This document shows, one piece after another, positions 58,421 through 64,000 of a stretch of 64,000 nt of DNA. A model generated the notes under the pieces. It was given only the letters and a program-made list of their open reading frames with translations, was not told the DNA's origin and made no database searches. Source of the stretch: Eledone cirrhosa (taxonomy: Eukaryota); assembly GCA_964016885.1 (NCBI GenBank), contig OZ024747.1, forward strand, positions 69,688,001-69,752,000. Direction: 5' to 3'. Position 1 is the first letter of the stretch. The number at the start of each line of letters is the position of its first letter. The translations under genes and the position numbers were made by a program.

Positions 58421-58665
58421 TTAACCTTTTTACTACCATACTTTTGATAAAGACAACCAATGATTCTCAAGGAAATTTGAAAATAAGCAAGAATTTGAAA
58501 TGATTTATAAAACTCGATTTAGCATTAGTAAAGTAATATTTGGGACATAACTTTACAATGATTCTTGCCTAAAATTATGATGAAATGTATAAGCACTTTA
58601 AAAGATACAGCCTTGTATCATAGAACCAAGGTCAGTTTGCTGTGGCTTGATATCAAGACTGTTAA
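58421..58665. mobile_element. piggyBac-like MITE, diverged
   Basis: TTAA at both ends. Reverse similarity to 8830-9051. Confidence 0.45.
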
Positions 58666-59445
58666 AGCAATTTCAAGGACACCCAAGTCACTGAGGTATA
58701 GGTTTTCATTCAATTAAAACTCTTTTGCCAGATTAGGTTTCCCATTGAAAATAAATCTGTTGAAGAAACTATTGTTTATGAGGTATAGCAACACAATGTA
58801 TTGAGTACTTTCAGTTTGATATATACATGGCAATCCTAACTTTTTGTGATCTTTTGTGGATATTTATGACTTAGACATAGAGTATGTAGGTTCGTGTTGC
58901 TGGCTGACTCAATCACCTCCCAATAGGACAGTAGAGGTCAGAGTCAAGGGAGTTGCCATTTTAGGAATCGAGCACTAAAAGGACTTAATGGATCTGCAAT
59001 TAAATAAAATCATATAAAATATATTTCAATGATAGGATATATAACACATGAATTCAGACAGTTTCCAGTGATTGCAACAGTACTTAATGATTTATATTCA
59101 TTCCACTGAAGTTTTTCTTTATATAAATTTACCTTTCTTTTCCACTTTATATTTTTAATGCTCTTCCCTCAACCTTCTGTTCCTTCATTTTAGATAACAA
59201 TAAAACCAGTAAGCAGGAATATAAGAAACAATATTTGTTATATAATTTTGTTGCCAAACAACTACATTTTCTGAGTTATTTGTCCTAGTATTTACAAACC
59301 AGTAAGAAAGTTATTGAAAATAGGTCAATAAGTTTAATTTCCTGTGAGATATGTTCATCAAACATTATTTGGAAATTCAGTGAGATATTCAACAACTAAT
59401 TGTGTTGTTTCAATCACTAACTGATTGTTTTTCTTTCTTTGAAAG

Positions 59446-59472
59446 GAAGCCATTTACACACTTTACAACTAT
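59446..59472 (+). CDS. candidate 27-nt microexon (W-KPFTHFTT)
   Basis: Branch point CACTAAC, pyrimidine tract, AAG acceptor, GTAAGG donor. Phase 2-2, in frame with the 55300 exon. Confidence 0.45.
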
Positions 59473-62276
59473 GTAAGGTCTTCATTTAACACATTCAAAA
59501 TTGTTAGGGTACCTGATTTCTAATGTGACCTAGCAATCCAAACAATGATTTCACAGTAATCATTTGTTGACTAACATGGTTGTGGAGGAAGAGATATGGC
59601 ATGTCACATTTTAATTGTTTTGGGATCAAATTTTCTGTGCAAGCATGAGTTAGACAGGTCTACAAAGTAATTTCTTGCTAATCATCTTAATTGTGCATCC
59701 AATATTATGAAGGTTGGGTGACAGGGATGAAATTGATGCAGATGAATGGGTCTACACTGACTATGCTTTTCTAAAGAGGAAAGAAAGTGGAAGAGGGCAA
59801 TGTCAATGCCTGTGAAGTGACAGAGTAATTCAGGGTTTTATCTGAGGTTCACCTTGGAATTACCCAAAAATACAGCCCCCTCCCAACCTTTGAGGAACCA
59901 TTCCTATTTGACATTTTTTTTATTGTTAATATACTTACCATGAATATTTTCCCTTTGGTGATGTCTCCTTTCCTTGATGTAAACCTTACTCTGTGTTTTT
60001 TTTGTCTCTGTATTGTCTCCAATGCCTTGCAATCTAGAAGTCAATAAAATAATAATCATCATCACAATAGTTATTGTTTTAGTTGTCTACACGTGACAAC
60101 TTTTTTATCAGTGCATAAGCTTTGTAAAGTATATTGGATTACTTTCCAAATTGGTTGGTTTTGTATAATGAGGGAAGCAGTCTTTACACAATTTTTTTTT
60201 GTGAGTTCTGATGCCTACTGAAAACCACAGACGTATTATGGGTACAGAGAAAAAAAGAGTTAAGACTGGTGGTGCAAGTCAAAATCCCAGCTAGTATACA
60301 TTTAGAAATAAAAGCTTTCTGTACAGAAGAGGTGGATCAGTCGAGGCGGAGCACTACCACTCACAACTCAGAGAGTAGCCAAAAACTCTGATTCATATTC
60401 TGTATGAAGTGAAATTTAGCAGGATATCAAAGGGTCCTCATGTCAGTAGAATTTATCTATCATCTTATGACAAAGAGGAAAAAATTCAAAATTTTATTAA
60501 CAGTTTTGTTAGCATGGCCATAAAAAATGCATTGGATATATGTCAGCTTTAGAATAAAGAAGATGCTGGAGATGCATATTATGAAGAATATTGTCCAGGA
60601 AATATATCCAGGAACAGACAAAGAGTAAAGTAGCAAACTTCTCTTTTGGCTGTCAGTATTGTGGGATGCTTTGACCAGTGTGTGTCATAATGGGATTTCC
60701 AATGACTTGGGATGGCATATGAAATCTTCTATCTTATTTTTGAAACTGAGGATGAAACATATTGAGAAGAACATTGGTAGTGATGTTGATTCTTGACTTT
60801 TCTTCAACTTTGCATTAGAGTATCAATAGATATTCATCACAGATTTACTGTCAATCTACATATATGAAATCTTAAGGTTACAGAGGTATACTGGAGCTGC
60901 AGTCCAATTGTAGGTGCAGAGAGGAAAGTAATTATACTGTTATTGCATGGTAGAAATTGCTGTTGATATATATAGAGAGGTAAAAGCCACTTGAGGCACT
61001 TTCTTCTCTGAGGAGCTGGAAAAGTAGAAAAAAGAAACACCAGTAAGCCTACAGCACCACAGGATACAGCTATGAGAATAACAAAATCCACCCTGTCCCC
61101 AGTCTCTATGAGGAATTCTACCTTTAATTGCCTCAATATATGTGTGTGGTCATGTATATGAATGCATGTAAAGATAATTTGTTTTGTAACAATGTAATCA
61201 TTTCCCGGAATTCTCTTGATGGAAAATATATCATTCTCTTCTTATACTGAAAAGAAATCACTTGTAGAATAACAATTGTTCTAACTATATGTAATGTAAA
61301 TGCAAATATGTTTGAAGAATCATCATAGCAATATTAGCATAAAAATATAAATGTTGAACTGTAAAATATAAAATATAAAAGTATGTGTATGTTTGTGTAC
61401 AACAATATCTGTGTTTATTATAAATCTTTCTTTCTGAATACATAATGATTTTTCATTGAGTTTATTTTTATGACCACTCAAAGAGAGAACTAAAATATCT
61501 GTGAAACAGATTTTGTCATTGCGACACTTGAACTACAAATCTCAAGCAGTACACATATTATACCTCTTCAAAAGTAATGCTATTCTATAAGTTTTATGCA
61601 ATTACTTCAACAGTTACCTGCCTATCTTTGGTTTTACAAAGTATTTTACGAAAAGCACAATGGAATGCTATCTCTACAGAACAAACCAATAAAGACAATA
61701 AATAAAGCTTTGATATTTCAAATTGTATTATTTCTAGATTGTTTTTGAAGTGCAAAACAAATTCTCAAAATGTAAATATATACTTACTGAGAAGATATTT
61801 GAAACTGATCTGCAAGAAATGCCAAAAATCTTCTGCATTTTCCCATCTACTTAGGCAATGCTTTCATCATCCTATGAGAGACAGATTTTGATAAACAGAA
61901 TGCCATCAAGAGATTTGACAGTATTCCTGATGCTTCTGTACACCATACTGAATATCTGCCAAACATGACCTTAACTCTAGTGATAATCCTACATATTGTG
62001 TGGAAAGTTTCTGCTGATAAAATAAGCTTAATTATTGAAGCAGGTCAATGTATATTTTATTATTGTATAATTCACAGACCTTTGAACATATCCCCTGGCA
62101 GTTTATCATATATATTCTGACATCCAACAGTTTTCCACAACATCTAGTTTCAGAAAAGAAAGACTCTTAAATCTTTGCAAAACAATTCTTTCTTTGTGTT
62201 TGTGAGTACCCCGCCACGCACACACTATACACACAGCGGTGTGTACACAGCCATATATTTATTTATATATATATAT

Positions 62277-62680
62277 ATGGTGGCTGCCAACTCGTTTTCG
62301 AGTACGGCCACTACTTTATATCCATGTAGGAGAACCCCTACGGATGCGCTGAAAGAGTGTGACTTTTTAGTCCAGCCAGCGACTTGAAAACTCTGGTACA
62401 AACACTACACTTGTGACAATTATTGACACATAGTGCTGGGCCCATGGTACCATCTGACGACAAGTGCAGAGAGATCTCCAGATATAAAGCAATACCTGTG
62501 CCGTGAAGCTTTTATAGTGAGTAAAGGCACTGCACAAAGCCAGTCCCACTCTCTTAACCAAGATGATATGTACCAAAAAGAAGAACAAGTCAACATCATT
62601 GGATACCATCAGGGTTGCAGGTGTTATATCAGAGTTTTCCTTCTCCTAGAATTCTGCCTTGACAAAGGCTAAGGGGTCAT
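62277..62680 (-). mobile_element. third copy of the short RTE-related element
   Basis: Reverse complement of ~36066-36469, flanked by TA/TAC microsatellites. Confidence 0.88.
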
Positions 62681-63669
62681 ACATACATATACACAATACA
62701 TATACTTGTGCATATGCTTATATATATGTACATACATGTACACACACACATATAAACATGACTGAATGCTTAAGAAGGCAGTTGATGTTTAATCCAAAAT
62801 CAGTTTTGACTTAGCATTCCAGAAATGACCATCCCGTTAATTTTTTAGGTTTCATATAGTCTTAGATAATATAGAAACTATGTAATATGAAACCTGCAGC
62901 CTGAGGACGTCTGTCACCCCTTAACAAAAATTGAAGCAGGCTGGTTGTCATTTACCTGAAAGGCTGAGGTATAGTTTTGAAGGTATTGTTTGAAATACAG
63001 TTATGGCTAATGTGCTACGTTTTGGGGCATAGGATTTATTGGAGGATTTTAGTTTGAATTTATTTGGGTTCACAGTGGCCTGGGTTTGGTTTGGATTTGT
63101 TTTCTTTCTAGTTCAAGCATATATGGACTTCGTTTTATTTAATTGTTAGGGTGGTATGGTGGGCTTTAAGGAAAATATGAGTCTTATTTCTAGCAAACCA
63201 AATGACTACATTCCTATGTACATGATGCCGTTTTTAAAGATTTACTGTTCACATATGTTGATGTTTAGGTCAAGGTCAGCCCTGAAACAGTAAACATACA
63301 ACCAAAGATTTTCCTTCTGTTTTTCATATATCTGGGGTTACATTATCTAATGTGAGCCTTATGCATCAAAGATGGTTGTGCCTGCTTTGATGGAAATTTT
63401 GCTGCTATCTTTAGTGTAGCTTCCTCTTATGATTTGTCTTTAATCCATTTGAAGTCATTAAGCATCACTGATATATAAAGAATATTGTTATTTTCAACTG
63501 CAGCATTTGTCTTCATTAATTGGCCTTTAGTATATTCAAAATAACAATGATTATAACCACTGTTAAATGAGTAAGTGGTTGTTGATGATAATGTGGCTTA
63601 GTGACCATCATATATATTTATATATCAGGACCGTATTGCCACCAGCTCATGTGACCAACTAGAAATGCA

Positions 63670-63790
63670 GATTTTGGCTGGATGCCATTCCTAACGCCAA
63701 CTAAATTTGCAGTGAATACTGGGTGCTTTCTGTTGTGACATCTACACAACCAGTTTACAGTGCCGGCTGGGTGCTTTTTGTCATGTCACA
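63670..63790 (-). repeat. degenerate SINE family 1 middle fragment
   Basis: GCTGGATGCCATTCCTAACGCCAAC...CAGTGAATACTGGGTGCTTT resembles 942-1030. Confidence 0.55.
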
Positions 63791-64000
63791 AAAACGAACT
63801 CTTTATGCCTAAATTGTTTTGGTATTGAAACACAATCGACATAGTTTAAAATATGAAGTACTAAGTGGAATGATGGTCTTGCTAGTCTCAATTCATAACA
63901 TTTTATCTCTCTTCCTATATATATATATATTTATTAAAATAACAGATTAAAGTTTAAGCAAAGAATCGCTGCTTCCACCCTTAATGGGATCTTCTGAAAC

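Overview
AT-rich eukaryotic genomic DNA. The repeat landscape suggests a coleoid cephalopod/octopod (inference): tRNA-derived SINEs, RTE/CR1/Penelope retroelements, Helitron-type non-autonomous elements and very long TA microsatellites. No prokaryotic features. The centre (about 29.9-48.7 kb) is a ~19 kb (TA)n-based array interrupted by LINE pieces and a 200-N assembly gap. It is followed by a minus-strand cluster: a Penelope element (RT + GIY-YIG, with a hammerhead-like motif) joined directly to a tail-less RTE LINE whose RT carries an internal PHD-type finger, then a second RTE copy. Almost all long ORFs in the track are microsatellite or SINE artefacts; the only well-supported coding sequences are transposon RTs. 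Tentative host-gene signals are a divergent first-exon pair near 8.4-8.65 kb and small plus-strand exons at 21.8, 22.5, 55.3 and 59.4 kb. Best leads: the PHD-in-RT RTE, the RTE-Penelope junction with hammerhead, a twin-priming-type RTE inversion, a bipartite non-autonomous RTE, a SINE/LINE shared tail, and several long hairpins. I cannot show that any of these is a previously undescribed system without database searches.
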